64,000 nucleotides of DNA from an uncultured Parcubacteria group bacterium. Its GTDB lineage: Bacteria; Patescibacteriota; Patescibacteriia; UBA9934; CAMTUG01. The notes below the pieces were generated by a model. That model saw nothing but the letters and a program-made list of their open reading frames with translations. It made no database searches and was not told the origin of the DNA. The stretch covers positions 79,434-143,433 of the forward strand of contig CAMTUG010000002.1 of the NCBI GenBank assembly GCA_947084965.1. The letters are read 5' to 3'. A program made the translations under genes and the position numbers. Positions 28,842 through 39,003 of this stretch are shown here, piece after piece (position 1 is the first letter of the stretch; every line of letters starts with the position of its first letter).

Positions 28842-29609
28842 ATGGCCCACATTATCTCAGTCGTAAATCAGAAAGGAGGCGTGGGGAAAACGACGACCAC
28901 GGTTAACCTGGCTTCGTATTTGGCACATTTAGGCAAGTACGTTTTGGTTGTTGATCTTGATCCGCAGGCCAACGCCAGTTCGGCGTTTGGCATCAACTAT
29001 AACGATATCCCTGGAGGTACGTATGAAGGGATGATCGGAACACACCGCACCAAGGATCTGATCCGCACGACTGAACATGAAGGACTAAAGATCCTCCCGG
29101 CGTCACCGTCGCTTGCCGGGGCGGCTGTGGAGTTGGTCAATGAACTCGCCCGCGAGCACAAATTGCGCAACACCTTGCTTGAGGTGCGCAACGACTACGA
29201 TTATATTTTGATCGATAATCCACCATCGCTCGGGTTGTTGACGGTCAACGGACTTGTGGCTGCGGACAGTGTGCTCATTCCTGTGCAGGCCGAATATTTT
29301 GCTCTCGAGGGTCTCGGTCAGTTGCTGCAAACCGTTGACCTGATCAAACAGTCGCTCAATCCAAACCTCAAACTGATGGGCGCCGTGATCACCATGTTTG
29401 ATCCGCGCACCAAATTGTCGCAAGAAGTTTTTTCTGAACTGTATCGTTACTTCCCAGACAAGATTTATCGCTCGGTCATTCCACGTTCTGTACGCCTGGC
29501 CGAAGCGCCGAGTTTTGGCAAGTCGATCTTGAGTTATGACCCGTCCTCGAAGGCGGCGCGGGCCTACGAACGGTTGGCGAGAGAATTTTTATACCGAGAG
29601 GAATTATGA
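28842..29609 (+). CDS. parA: Chromosome partitioning ATPase ParA/Soj
   Basis: VVNQKGGVGKTTTTVNLA deviant Walker A. Confidence 0.9.
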   Translation: MAHIISVVNQKGGVGKTTTTVNLASYLAHLGKYVLVVDLDPQANASSAFGINYNDIPGGTYEGMIGTHRTKDLIRTTEHEGLKILPASPSLAGAAVELVNELAREHKLRNTLLEVRNDYDYILIDNPPSLGLLTVNGLVAADSVLIPVQAEYFALEGLGQLLQTVDLIKQSLNPNLKLMGAVITMFDPRTKLSQEVFSELYRYFPDKIYRSVIPRSVRLAEAPSFGKSILSYDPSSKAARAYERLAREFLYREEL

Positions 29610-30451
29610 AAAATTCAGGTCTTGGGAGGGGGCTTGGCTCCTTAATCCCGATGAAGCAGACAGAGGCACCGAGTGTGGTGCCACAAGGGAACATTCGCGA
29701 CGTTCCTGTCGGTTCGATTCGCGAAAACCCGCGTCAGCCACGTACCCATTTTTCTCCGAGCGAACTTGAGGATCTGATCGCTTCCATTAAGGAGCATGGG
29801 ATCATCCAGCCGCTCGTGGTGACGGAACTTGGCGGTAATTCCTACGAGTTAATCGCCGGTGAACGTCGTTTGCGCTCGGCACGGATGCTGGGCCTCGCGA
29901 CCGTACCAGCAGTGGTGCGTACCGCCAACGATCAAGAAAAGCTCGAGCTCGCGCTCATTGAAAATATTCAGCGCCAGGACTTGAACGCTCTGGAAGAAGC
30001 GGTCGCGTTTCAGGCGCTGGTCGAAGAGTTTGGGCTGACCCAAGATGAAGTGGCTAAGCGGGTAGGAAAGAGTCGTAGCGCCGTCGCCAACACTATTCGT
30101 TTAATGGATCTGCCGGAAGAGATGCGTCAGGCGTTGGTGGACGGGAAGATCACCAAGAGCCATGCACGCACCTTACTTGCTGAAACGGATCTCGCTAAAC
30201 GTGAACATCTTTTTCATGCCATGATGAACGGCGGCGGGATGACGGTGCGCGAGGCAGAGGCTCGTACAACCCCAACGACTAAATCTGCACCGATGCCAAA
30301 GGATCCAAATATTCTTGATCACGAACGTAAACTACGCGAGATTCTCGGCACCAAGGTCGACATTCAGGATCGTGGGGGTAAAGGGAAAATCACTGTCAGT
30401 TATTTTTCAAAGGAGGAATTCCGTGACCTGCTTAGTAAGTTGAGCGAATAA
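29606..30451 (+). CDS. parB: Chromosome partitioning protein ParB/Spo0J
   Basis: GIIQPLVV...IAGERRLRSARMLGL ParB box, HTH; 4-nt overlap with parA. Confidence 0.9.
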   Translation: MKNSGLGRGLGSLIPMKQTEAPSVVPQGNIRDVPVGSIRENPRQPRTHFSPSELEDLIASIKEHGIIQPLVVTELGGNSYELIAGERRLRSARMLGLATVPAVVRTANDQEKLELALIENIQRQDLNALEEAVAFQALVEEFGLTQDEVAKRVGKSRSAVANTIRLMDLPEEMRQALVDGKITKSHARTLLAETDLAKREHLFHAMMNGGGMTVREAEARTTPTTKSAPMPKDPNILDHERKLREILGTKVDIQDRGGKGKITVSYFSKEEFRDLLSKLSE

Positions 30452-30476
30452 AAACGGGGGCTTGTCGCCCTCGTTT

Positions 30477-31973
30477 TTACTTTGTTTTTTTGCCGACCAT
30501 TTTGGTAAGCCAGACTTTGACCGTCGATCGTGTTGCTTCGCGAATCCGTTCTCGAGCGTGATGGGACTTCACGAACTTCAGCCAGTCGGGGTTCGGTCCT
30601 TTGCGATTTTTATCAGTGATGATCTGACACATATCCCCGCTTTGCAATTCTGTGTCCAAGTTAACCATGACGTCATTAACGCGCGCCCCAGTGCATTTGT
30701 TCCCAATATCGGTGTGGATGGCGTAGGCCAGATCGACTGGCGTTGATCCTTCGGCCAATTCAATCACGTCGCCCTTGGGAGTAAAGACGAAGATACGATC
30801 TTTAAAGACTTCTAGCTTCGTCTCCTTTAACTGATCAAGGAAATCTCCCTTTGCCTCAATCGACTTTTGTACCTGCGCTAACTCTTCCATCCATTTCATG
30901 TCGCGCGGTTTGTATTTGCCGCCATCTTCTTTATAGCGCCAATGGGCCGCAACCCCATATTCGGCACTTTCATGCATTTCGGTCGTACGGATTTGGAATT
31001 CAACGATCGCTCCGTCTTCAGCAAAGATCGTCGTGTGCAACGATTGATAGCCGTTCGGCTTTGGTTGGGCAATATAATCCTTGATGCGTCCAGCCAGCGG
31101 CTTCCAGCGATTATGGAGGATACCAAGAACGGAATAGCAATCGCTGACGTCGTCAACGATAATGCGCACGGCGATAATGTCGTAGACTTTGTTGATGTCG
31201 TTGTGATGCTTGCCGAGCTTGCGATGGAGCGAGTAGAGGCGCTTGACGCGGCCGTGGATGGAAACGGGGATAATCTCTTGTTCAAGAAGTTCCTGGTAGG
31301 CGATCTCCATTGTTTTGTTGACCAACGTTTCTTTTTCACGCACCGTACGTTCGAGCAAAGTGTTGACCATCTGATACTCCTTTGGTTCGGCGTACATAAA
31401 TGCTAGATCTTCCAAATCGCCGCGCATCATCCCCATCCCCAAACGATTGGCGATTGGGGCGTAGATTTCGAGCGTTTCACGAGCAACACGCAGTTGCTTT
31501 TCCCGCGGTCGGGCATAGAGCGTCCGCAAGTTATGCAGGCGATCGGCAAATTTAATAAAGACGACGCGTACATCTTTTGACATGGCAAGGAACATGCGGC
31601 GCATATTTTCCGCATACAGATCATTCCCTTGGTACTTCACTTTTTTGAGCTTGGTGACTGCATCAACGAGGTCGGCGATATCATCATTAAACGTTTGGCG
31701 AAGCTGATCAACGGTGACGTCCGTGTCCTCGATAACGTCATGTAAAATACCGGCAGCAACGACTTCGATGCCAAGTTTCATCTCAGCGAGCTTGTAGGCG
31801 CAGGAAACGGGATGGGTAATGTACTCATGACCCGTTTGGCGCTTTTTCCCCCCATGGGCCGACAACGCCAACTGATACGCCCGTTCGATCAACTGAAGAT
31901 CGGGCGCTTCGTAATTCTTTTTGACGAGCTCGATAAGGTCGTCGTACGTCATTTCAATTTTCTGATCAGACAT
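30477..31973 (-). CDS. Bifunctional (p)ppGpp synthetase/hydrolase RelA/SpoT, short form (HD + synthetase + TGS, no ACT)
   Basis: HD motif AAGILHDVIEDT; synthetase IHGRVKRLYSL; TGS GDVIELAEGSTPVDLAYAIHTDIG; ORF-track N-extension to 32258 is rejected. Confidence 0.85.
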   Translation of the reverse strand: MSDQKIEMTYDDLIELVKKNYEAPDLQLIERAYQLALSAHGGKKRQTGHEYITHPVSCAYKLAEMKLGIEVVAAGILHDVIEDTDVTVDQLRQTFNDDIADLVDAVTKLKKVKYQGNDLYAENMRRMFLAMSKDVRVVFIKFADRLHNLRTLYARPREKQLRVARETLEIYAPIANRLGMGMMRGDLEDLAFMYAEPKEYQMVNTLLERTVREKETLVNKTMEIAYQELLEQEIIPVSIHGRVKRLYSLHRKLGKHHNDINKVYDIIAVRIIVDDVSDCYSVLGILHNRWKPLAGRIKDYIAQPKPNGYQSLHTTIFAEDGAIVEFQIRTTEMHESAEYGVAAHWRYKEDGGKYKPRDMKWMEELAQVQKSIEAKGDFLDQLKETKLEVFKDRIFVFTPKGDVIELAEGSTPVDLAYAIHTDIGNKCTGARVNDVMVNLDTELQSGDMCQIITDKNRKGPNPDWLKFVKSHHARERIREATRSTVKVWLTKMVGKKTK

Positions 31974-32037
31974 AGCGTATCTATCTAACGTAGTGAAATT
32001 TAAGCTTTTTGTAAAGCAGGACCCCCACGTGACGTAC

Positions 32038-32628
32038 TCACGCGGGGGTTCCGTTCTTGATGATCCCGGCTTCGACCAGGACCTTGTAGAGGTTGGGGGA
32101 GATGGGAAGACCATCTTCGGTCTGACCCGCCTTGATCTCGGTGGTAGTGACGAATCGCGCCATGGGGGACTTGGCTGCCTCCTGTTCGATGCGTCGCATG
32201 ACCTGTCGGGCCAGGGACATGACCACGAGGACGTAGAAGTAGATCGCCAGCTGACCACGGCTGTCCATCTCCTGGTGCGGAAGGGGAGGGGTCTTTCTCT
32301 GGATCTTCATCTTTGTCTTGTGGAGTTCCCGATCAATGAGTCCGTAGGCGACCAGCTCCTGGTTCAAGCGGCGGCGGATGGCACGGTCGCGGGACTCTCG
32401 GCCTACCATCGGTTGGGAGAACCCGGCGATCGTCGCTGCCATCGCCCGAGCGGTCGTGGCCTCGACGTGGACCGGCTCACCGTTGCTGTTCCCGTCGGCA
32501 GAGGTGTAGTGCACCCGCCCTCCTGGAAGGAAGAACCAGGCGCGCGGGGCTCTGTGCATGAGCAGGAGGAAGCGCCCCTGCTCGTCACGGATGATGGCTT
32601 TCACCATCAACTTCATCATGACGGACAT
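32038..32628 (-). CDS. Hypothetical NUDIX-like protein in a GC-rich island
   Basis: AIIRDEQGRFLLLMHRAPRAWFFLPGG resembles a NUDIX N-terminus, but no canonical REx2EE box; visibly higher GC than its neighbours. Confidence 0.45.
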   Translation of the reverse strand: MSVMMKLMVKAIIRDEQGRFLLLMHRAPRAWFFLPGGRVHYTSADGNSNGEPVHVEATTARAMAATIAGFSQPMVGRESRDRAIRRRLNQELVAYGLIDRELHKTKMKIQRKTPPLPHQEMDSRGQLAIYFYVLVVMSLARQVMRRIEQEAAKSPMARFVTTTEIKAGQTEDGLPISPNLYKVLVEAGIIKNGTPA

Positions 32629-32845
32629 GGAGGACTCCTGGGTTGGTCAGTCGCCACAATCATGGCAGATCTGCACAAAAAGTCAACGGTTGCCCCGGGA
32701 GGCAGTTTTCGATATACTGGAGGCATAATCATCAACTATGCCTCCAAGGAATGTTCGTGCGGGGAGAGCCGGTGGCGACCCAGGTGTGGGTGGCAGAGGC
32801 GGCCGCGATCGCAGCGTTGCTGCTCGAAGGAATGCAGAACCTGCC

Positions 32846-34078
32846 ATGCCTCGCATTTCGCCGGAGAAGCAGGCACTTGTTGATGCGGAACATGCCCGAG
32901 AACGAGCGGAGCGTGTTGTCCAACTGCGAGCAGAGGTTCGGGCAACAGAGGCCCGAGAAGAGGAACGGACCAGAAAAGCCGTGGAGCGAGCCAGTCGAAA
33001 TCCAGAGGATTTTTCCGTAGGCTTCTCGACGCATGACGGGGCTGACGGTGCAACTGAGGTCACCCTTTCCCTTCGTGGATCTGACGGTCAGGAAATTGAC
33101 CTCAAGGAATATCTCTCTGAGTTGGAGGATTTCGACGTTCGTCTTTCGCCGGATGGCGCCTTTCATTTTCAAGACAAGCCCGCCGATCGGCCAGACGCCA
33201 AGGCTGTTATTTTAATCCCCGAACGCTTAACGAGTGATGCCGGCAGTCCAGAAGATTCCGCCCGTAGATTGCTCGAGGTCGCTGAAGCGATCATCGGGAG
33301 AGAGAAGGAAAAAAAGGTGGCGGAGGCCCGGGAAAAACTCGAACATGAGCTGGTGCATATTTACGAAGGTCACGCGCACGAGCCGCCAGTGCGTTGGGCG
33401 GATCGGGTCGAACATTGGGCGGCGGAGTTTCCGAGCAAGCACCTTTTTTGGGATGATAAGGCGAAAGACTATAAAAAACTTGAGGATGCCTACGCCAAGG
33501 CAGATCGTGAACGTGAAGCGTACGTTTCCGAAAAGTTGCAGGGATTTGCTGACGCTTTAAAGAACGGTGAAAATGTCGATCTTGAAGCGGTCCTGGGTGG
33601 TATCTCCGCCAGGCCTGCGGATACCAATCTGATTTTCAGTGGTCCGCAGAGCGAAGGTCGAGGATCGTTTGAGCAGAATGATTCGGTGCGAACGCGTGTG
33701 GTCGATGCGGTCTGGGATAAAAGGGATGCAGAAGGAAGTCAGCGGCTTATTCCTCGTGCTGCTCGAGCGACGGGGCGCTTCCTTCATCGTGACGTGGGGG
33801 CGGTAACGAGGACGATGGGTGGCGTGGCTCTCGGTGCGGGGATAGGACTCGTTGTCGCTGGATGGAAGATGGGTGGACGGTTTTTATATAAGCAGCTTTC
33901 TCGTTTCTTCCATAACGTCGTCGGTGCAGAAGATCACCCGCATTCGACGGTGCCGGTTTTCGGAGGGGCCATTGATTGGCTCCAAGGGAAGATGAGAGGA
34001 TTTTCTGAGGAGGTTCTTCCTCTGCTTGATGAGAAGGGTGCGGGCGGGCACGGAGGGGGAGGAGGCGCACATCATTAG
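32846..34078 (+). CDS. Hypothetical charged coiled-coil protein with C-terminal TM and Gly/His tail
   Basis: Start set at MPRISPEKQ; GGVALGAGIGLVVAGW TM near the C-terminus. Confidence 0.5.
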   Translation: MPRISPEKQALVDAEHARERAERVVQLRAEVRATEAREEERTRKAVERASRNPEDFSVGFSTHDGADGATEVTLSLRGSDGQEIDLKEYLSELEDFDVRLSPDGAFHFQDKPADRPDAKAVILIPERLTSDAGSPEDSARRLLEVAEAIIGREKEKKVAEAREKLEHELVHIYEGHAHEPPVRWADRVEHWAAEFPSKHLFWDDKAKDYKKLEDAYAKADREREAYVSEKLQGFADALKNGENVDLEAVLGGISARPADTNLIFSGPQSEGRGSFEQNDSVRTRVVDAVWDKRDAEGSQRLIPRAARATGRFLHRDVGAVTRTMGGVALGAGIGLVVAGWKMGGRFLYKQLSRFFHNVVGAEDHPHSTVPVFGGAIDWLQGKMRGFSEEVLPLLDEKGAGGHGGGGGAHH

Positions 34079-34122
34079 CAAAAATAAAGGATCCGGTGCC
34101 TCATCAGCGCCGGATCTTTTAT

Positions 34123-36231
34123 TTACTCCTGGGTCAATTCGTGTGTTTGTTCTTTTTCAAACTGACATTCCTTGTTCGAGCACTTAATCTTTTCTTTGCC
34201 CGCGAAGACGAGGAGGGATCCGCAGGTCGGACAGAGTTCTCCGGTCGGTTTATTCCAGAGGGCGAACTTGCAATCTGGATAGCGCTTGCAGGAAAAGAAC
34301 ACTTTGCCGCGGCGCGATTTTTTTTCCACGATCTCCCCTTGCTTGCATTCTGGACATTCAACCCCGGTGGATTTCAGGATCGGTTTGGTGTTTTTACAAT
34401 CTGGGAATCCTGTGCAGGCGATGAACTGGCCGAAACGACCGATTTTGATGACCATCGGTTTGCCGCACTTATCACAGATCTCATCCGTTGGAATAACTGG
34501 CTGGACCATCTTTTCGATTGTCGACTCCTTGGCCTTGATCGATTCTGCAAATGGCGTAAAGAAATCGCGGATCATCGGTACCCAGGCCGTTTTGCCTTCG
34601 GCGATATTATCTAGTTCATTTTCCATCCCGGCGGTGAATTCGTAGTCAACGATATTGGGGAAGTGCTCTTTGAGCAGATCCACCACATCTTCCGCCACGG
34701 CTAATGGGGCAAGTTTGCGCGATTCGTCCCGTTCCACATAGCCGCGAGCGACAATCGTCGCGATCGTTGGGGCGTAGGTCGATGGGCGGCCGATCCCATG
34801 TTCTTCCATCACTTTGACGAGCGTCGCATCGCTGTAGCGGGCTGGGGGTTCGGTGAAGTGTTGGGTCGGGGTGATCGAGGTATTGCTGACGGTGTCGCCT
34901 TCGCTAAGCGGCGGGAGGAGCGTTTCTTTTGTTGCTCGGTACACCTTCATGAACCCATCAAAAACGATCGTTGATCCATTGGCGCGGAAGATGTCGCCCG
35001 TTTTACTCGCCACGATATTCATGGCGGTGCGCTCGAGTTCGGCTTCGGGCATCTGGGTAGCCAGGGTACGGCGCCAGATCAAGGTGTACAGCTTCAAGGC
35101 GCGTGGATCAAGTTCACCAGCAAGCGATTCTGGCGTCGTTGTTGGGTCGGTTGGGCGGATCGCTTCGTGCGCTTCCTGCGCCCCTTTGGATTTTGTTTTG
35201 AACGTGCGGTGCTCAGCTAACTGATAGTTCTCCCCAAACGCCGTGCCGATATAATTCTTGGCTTGTTCCAAAAATTGCTCAGAGAGGTTCATCGAGTCCG
35301 TACGCATGTAGGTGATGCGACCTGTTTCGTACAGACCTTGAGCAAGCTGCATCGTCGTCTTGGCAGAGAGGCCAAGTTTGGTGTTGGCTTCGATCTGGAG
35401 GTTCGAGGTGGTGAACGGCGTTGGCGGAGCTTTTTTAACGCGCTTCTTTTGGATGGAATGGATGGTGAAGGTGTCGCCATTTAATCCATCGACGATCGCT
35501 TGAGCGTCCTCTGCAGTCTTGATGTCCATCTTTTCCAGCTTTTTCCCGTTGTGCGAAACGAGTTCGGCGGCGATCTCTGTCCCGTCTTTGGTGAAGACGG
35601 CGTCGATCGTCCAATACTCTTCCTGAACGAACGCACGGCGTTCACGTTCGCGCTCCACGATCAATCGCACAGCGACCGATTGCACCCGTCCGGCCGACAA
35701 CCCGCGACGGATCTTCTTCCATAGAAGCGGGGAGAGGGAATACCCGACTAAGCGATCAAGAATACGTCGTGCCTGCTGGGCATCGACGAGCTGCATGTCG
35801 AGCGCACGAGGATGCTCGAGCGCCTTTTCGATCGCCCCTTTGGTGATTTCGTGAAAGGTGATGCGTTTGGCCTCTGCTGTTGGTACCTCGAGTAATTCTG
35901 CTAAATGCCAAGAGATCGCTTCACCTTCACGGTCCTCATCTGTTGCAAAGTACACTTCGTCCGCTTTTGCCGCTGCTTTTTTGAGAGCGGTGACGTGCTT
36001 GCGGGCTTTGGTCGGGACGATGTAATCCGGACGAAAATCATGTTCCATGTCGACCCCCATCTTGCTTTTGGGAAGATCACGCACGTGCCCAAACGAAGAG
36101 AGGACGGTGTAGTCCTTTCCCACAAATTTCGAAATCGTTTTTGCTTTCGTCGGCGACTCGACGATCAGGAGTTTATGCGTGCCTTTTGTCATATGTTGAA
36201 CGATGATGCCCGCTTTTTGCGCGTCTGTCAA
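34123..36231 (-). CDS. topA: DNA topoisomerase I with C-terminal zinc ribbons
   Basis: TOPRIM LLIVESPTKAKTI; ~3 C4 zinc ribbons; TTG start overlapping the dprA TGA stop (TTGA); ATG at 36192 is an alternative. Confidence 0.88.
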   Translation of the reverse strand: MTDAQKAGIIVQHMTKGTHKLLIVESPTKAKTISKFVGKDYTVLSSFGHVRDLPKSKMGVDMEHDFRPDYIVPTKARKHVTALKKAAAKADEVYFATDEDREGEAISWHLAELLEVPTAEAKRITFHEITKGAIEKALEHPRALDMQLVDAQQARRILDRLVGYSLSPLLWKKIRRGLSAGRVQSVAVRLIVERERERRAFVQEEYWTIDAVFTKDGTEIAAELVSHNGKKLEKMDIKTAEDAQAIVDGLNGDTFTIHSIQKKRVKKAPPTPFTTSNLQIEANTKLGLSAKTTMQLAQGLYETGRITYMRTDSMNLSEQFLEQAKNYIGTAFGENYQLAEHRTFKTKSKGAQEAHEAIRPTDPTTTPESLAGELDPRALKLYTLIWRRTLATQMPEAELERTAMNIVASKTGDIFRANGSTIVFDGFMKVYRATKETLLPPLSEGDTVSNTSITPTQHFTEPPARYSDATLVKVMEEHGIGRPSTYAPTIATIVARGYVERDESRKLAPLAVAEDVVDLLKEHFPNIVDYEFTAGMENELDNIAEGKTAWVPMIRDFFTPFAESIKAKESTIEKMVQPVIPTDEICDKCGKPMVIKIGRFGQFIACTGFPDCKNTKPILKSTGVECPECKQGEIVEKKSRRGKVFFSCKRYPDCKFALWNKPTGELCPTCGSLLVFAGKEKIKCSNKECQFEKEQTHELTQE

Positions 36232-37091
36232 CCGATGATGTAATGTCCGCCCCCCACATGCCGTACCTTTCCTTTGATTTCCATCATGGTGATCGTTGCT
36301 AGTGCTGTTGATGTACTGAGGTTGCTTTTCTCAATGATATTGTCAATATGTGTCGGTGCTTTGCCAAGAAATGAAAGGAGCGTCGCCTCCTGCTCGTTGT
36401 CTGGTTTGTGACCTCCGACGACGGATGTCCCAACAACGAATCCTTTCTTCTTCAGGATATCGAGAATATCGCTGGCTGACGTTGTAACGTAAGCCCCATC
36501 TTTGATAAGGAGGTTTGGCCCCGTGCTCGTTGGAGAATCGATCTGTCCAGGGACGGCGAAAATCTCTCGATTTTGGGCGATTGCGGCTCGGGCGGTAATC
36601 ATCGTTCCAGAGGGCTCGGCCGCTTCAATGACGAGCGTGCCGTAACACATACCGCTGATCACCTGGTTTCTCACCGGAAAGTTTGCACGGTATGGAAATG
36701 TCCCTGGTGGAAATTGGGTGATGATGGCACTTTCGCGATCAAGCATCCGGTTAGCGATAAATGTATTTCCTGCTGGCCCGACGCGATCAATACCTGAAGC
36801 GAGAACTCCGATGGTCCTTCCACCAACATCAAGTGCAGCTTCGTGAGCAATAGCATCAATTCCGTACGCTAGCCCAGAGACGATCACGACTCCGGCTTGA
36901 GCTAGCCCTTCCACGATCATTCGGGCAGTACGTCGACCGTAAGGCGTACAGTTACGACTCCCGACAACAGCAATCATTAAGGTGTCGGGGGGAGGGAGGA
37001 CTCCCTTCACGTATAGTTGATCCGGTGCGTCATGGATTTCGCGCAGGAGGTTAGGGTACTCAAAACTACACTTATCTAAAATTTTGAACAC
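36228..37091 (-). CDS. dprA: DNA processing protein DprA/Smf
   Basis: Rossmann-like DprA core IAVVGSRNCTPYG...GLAYGIDAIAHEAAL. Confidence 0.88.
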   Translation of the reverse strand: MFKILDKCSFEYPNLLREIHDAPDQLYVKGVLPPPDTLMIAVVGSRNCTPYGRRTARMIVEGLAQAGVVIVSGLAYGIDAIAHEAALDVGGRTIGVLASGIDRVGPAGNTFIANRMLDRESAIITQFPPGTFPYRANFPVRNQVISGMCYGTLVIEAAEPSGTMITARAAIAQNREIFAVPGQIDSPTSTGPNLLIKDGAYVTTSASDILDILKKKGFVVGTSVVGGHKPDNEQEATLLSFLGKAPTHIDNIIEKSNLSTSTALATITMMEIKGKVRHVGGGHYIIG

Positions 37092-37109
37092 AAAATGTAG
37101 TCAAAAAGT

Positions 37110-37628
37110 TTAAAAACGGAGTTTTTCGAGCACCCTGGCGATGACTTCAGGCAACTTCGCGGCTTCATCAACACTCCAGCGCCCCAGGACAAACACGTCT
37201 AAAGGAACCCCGTCCTCTGGCGGCCGCCCAATCCCAACTCGTACCTGAACAAAATCCATCGATCCGCCAAACGTTTCCTGAATGGATTTCATCCCATTAT
37301 GCCCAGCACTTCCGCGGCCAGGTTGAATACGTACGTCCCCAAAAGCGAGGTCAGCTTCATCACGCACGACGAAAATATCCTTCGGTTCAATTTTATAGAA
37401 CGAGGCAACGGCTTGCACGGCCTTGCCTGATTCGTTCATGTACGTATCTGGTTTGAGCAGAACAACCTTTTCATCACCGATCATGACTTCGGCAACCTCT
37501 CCATGAAACGCCTTCTTAAAAGACCACCCCACGTCGTTCGCCAACGCGTCAACAACAAGAAACCCGACGTTGTGCCGCGTGCGGGTGTAAGCGTCGCCAG
37601 GATTGCCGAGGCCGACGATTAACTTCAT
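37110..37628 (-). CDS. pth: Peptidyl-tRNA hydrolase
   Basis: MKLIVGLGNPGDAYTRTRHNVGF. Confidence 0.9.
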   Translation of the reverse strand: MKLIVGLGNPGDAYTRTRHNVGFLVVDALANDVGWSFKKAFHGEVAEVMIGDEKVVLLKPDTYMNESGKAVQAVASFYKIEPKDIFVVRDEADLAFGDVRIQPGRGSAGHNGMKSIQETFGGSMDFVQVRVGIGRPPEDGVPLDVFVLGRWSVDEAAKLPEVIARVLEKLRF

Positions 37629-37634
37629 ACGAGA

Positions 37635-39002
37635 TTATGTCTTTCGTAATTCGGTGCGTGAACGCATGCGGATCGGGGTGCCGTCGAATCCAAACTCTTC
37701 GCGCAATTGATTTTCGAGGAAGCGCAGGTAAGACGGATGTAAGACGTCGGCGCGCTTGCCTTTAATCGTCAAGGCAAAGACCGGTGGCGCGACCGCGGTC
37801 TGATGAAATTTGAGAATCACAGGATGGGAAACGCCCTTGTGGCGGGACGGTAAGTGCTTCTTGATCATGCGATGCAAAAATTCGGTTAAGGTATCTTCGT
37901 CAATCTGTTTATAGCGCTCGTTTTGCACATGATCTACCATATCAAGAACTTTTTGGACGTGCTGACCGGTCATGGCCGAGGTGAAGATGATCGGAGCGTA
38001 GGCAAAGAAGGGGATCTTGCCCGCGACGTGGCGCAGATATTCATTTTGCGTGGTCGTTGTTTTGTGCGGTACTAAATCCCATTTGTTGGCGACGATGAGC
38101 GTTGCTGTGTTCGATTCAGACAAGAGCTCGATGATCTTCTTTTCTTGGTTGCCGATTTCACCGAGGACATCGAGGACGAGAATCGCCACGTCGACATGTG
38201 GTAAGAGTTTGAGAGTTTTCATCACACCGGCCAGTTCCATCCCACCACGCTTTTTAACTCCGGCCATCTTGCGGATCCCAGCGGTGTCCACGAAAATATA
38301 GCGCTTGGTGCCGCCCTCTTTCATCGGTACTTCGATTAAGGTGTCGTTTGGTTCGCGAGTGGTGTGGGCCACTGGGCTGGTAATAAAACGCTTTTGCCCA
38401 ACGATTGCGTTCAAGAGCGTGGACTTGCCGACGTTTGGTGTGCCAATGACCATCACGCGCGTGGTGGCCACTTCGGAAACGGGGACCGGCGGACGTTTGG
38501 CTTTTTTCAACTTCTTCCAAACGTCTTCCAGCAAGTCCCCGACCGCCTGCCCTTGGTGAGCGGCGATGGCAAACGGCGCCCCAAGCCCGAGTGCTTTCCA
38601 TTCGCCCGCTTCTGCGGCGCGGCGGAGCGCAGGAGTGTCCGCTTTGTTGCCGACGAGGATGATCGGCTTTTTGCTTTGGCGTAAACGCTTGGCGATCATG
38701 CGATCGTCCGGGTTGATCCCAACTTTGATGTCGACCAAAAATAACACCAAGTCACACTCGTTGATCGCCAGTTCGGCTTGTTCGCGGATGTCGCGATCGA
38801 ACGGATCGATCGCCTTCATGTTGACCCCGCCGGTGTCGATGACGCGAGCGACCGTTCCGTTCCAAAAACAATCTCCTTCCGCACGGTCGCGGGTCGTGCC
38901 AGGGATCGGGGAGGTCAGCGCTTTGTTGGCGCCGAGCAATCGGTTAAACAAGGTCGACTTTCCGACGTTGGCGCGGCCGACGATCGCAATTTTTGGAATC
39001 AT
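37635..39002 (-). CDS. der: Ribosome biogenesis GTPase Der/EngA
   Basis: Two G domains (GRANVGKSTL, GTPNVGKSTL) plus KH-like C-terminus. Confidence 0.9.
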   Translation of the reverse strand: MIPKIAIVGRANVGKSTLFNRLLGANKALTSPIPGTTRDRAEGDCFWNGTVARVIDTGGVNMKAIDPFDRDIREQAELAINECDLVLFLVDIKVGINPDDRMIAKRLRQSKKPIILVGNKADTPALRRAAEAGEWKALGLGAPFAIAAHQGQAVGDLLEDVWKKLKKAKRPPVPVSEVATTRVMVIGTPNVGKSTLLNAIVGQKRFITSPVAHTTREPNDTLIEVPMKEGGTKRYIFVDTAGIRKMAGVKKRGGMELAGVMKTLKLLPHVDVAILVLDVLGEIGNQEKKIIELLSESNTATLIVANKWDLVPHKTTTTQNEYLRHVAGKIPFFAYAPIIFTSAMTGQHVQKVLDMVDHVQNERYKQIDEDTLTEFLHRMIKKHLPSRHKGVSHPVILKFHQTAVAPPVFALTIKGKRADVLHPSYLRFLENQLREEFGFDGTPIRMRSRTELRKT

Positions 39003-39003
39003 A

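Noticed and set aside
30477-32258. 593-aa version of RelA/SpoT starting at GTG 32258
   Set aside because: The first 95 codons lie in a GC-rich segment, antisense to the NUDIX-like ORF, and translate to Ser/Pro/Arg-rich low-complexity sequence. A conserved RSH N-terminus starts at MSDQKIEMTYDDL (31973).
34096-34614. 172-aa plus-strand ORF
   Set aside because: It is antisense to the topA C-terminal zinc-ribbon region. The translation has no recognisable features.
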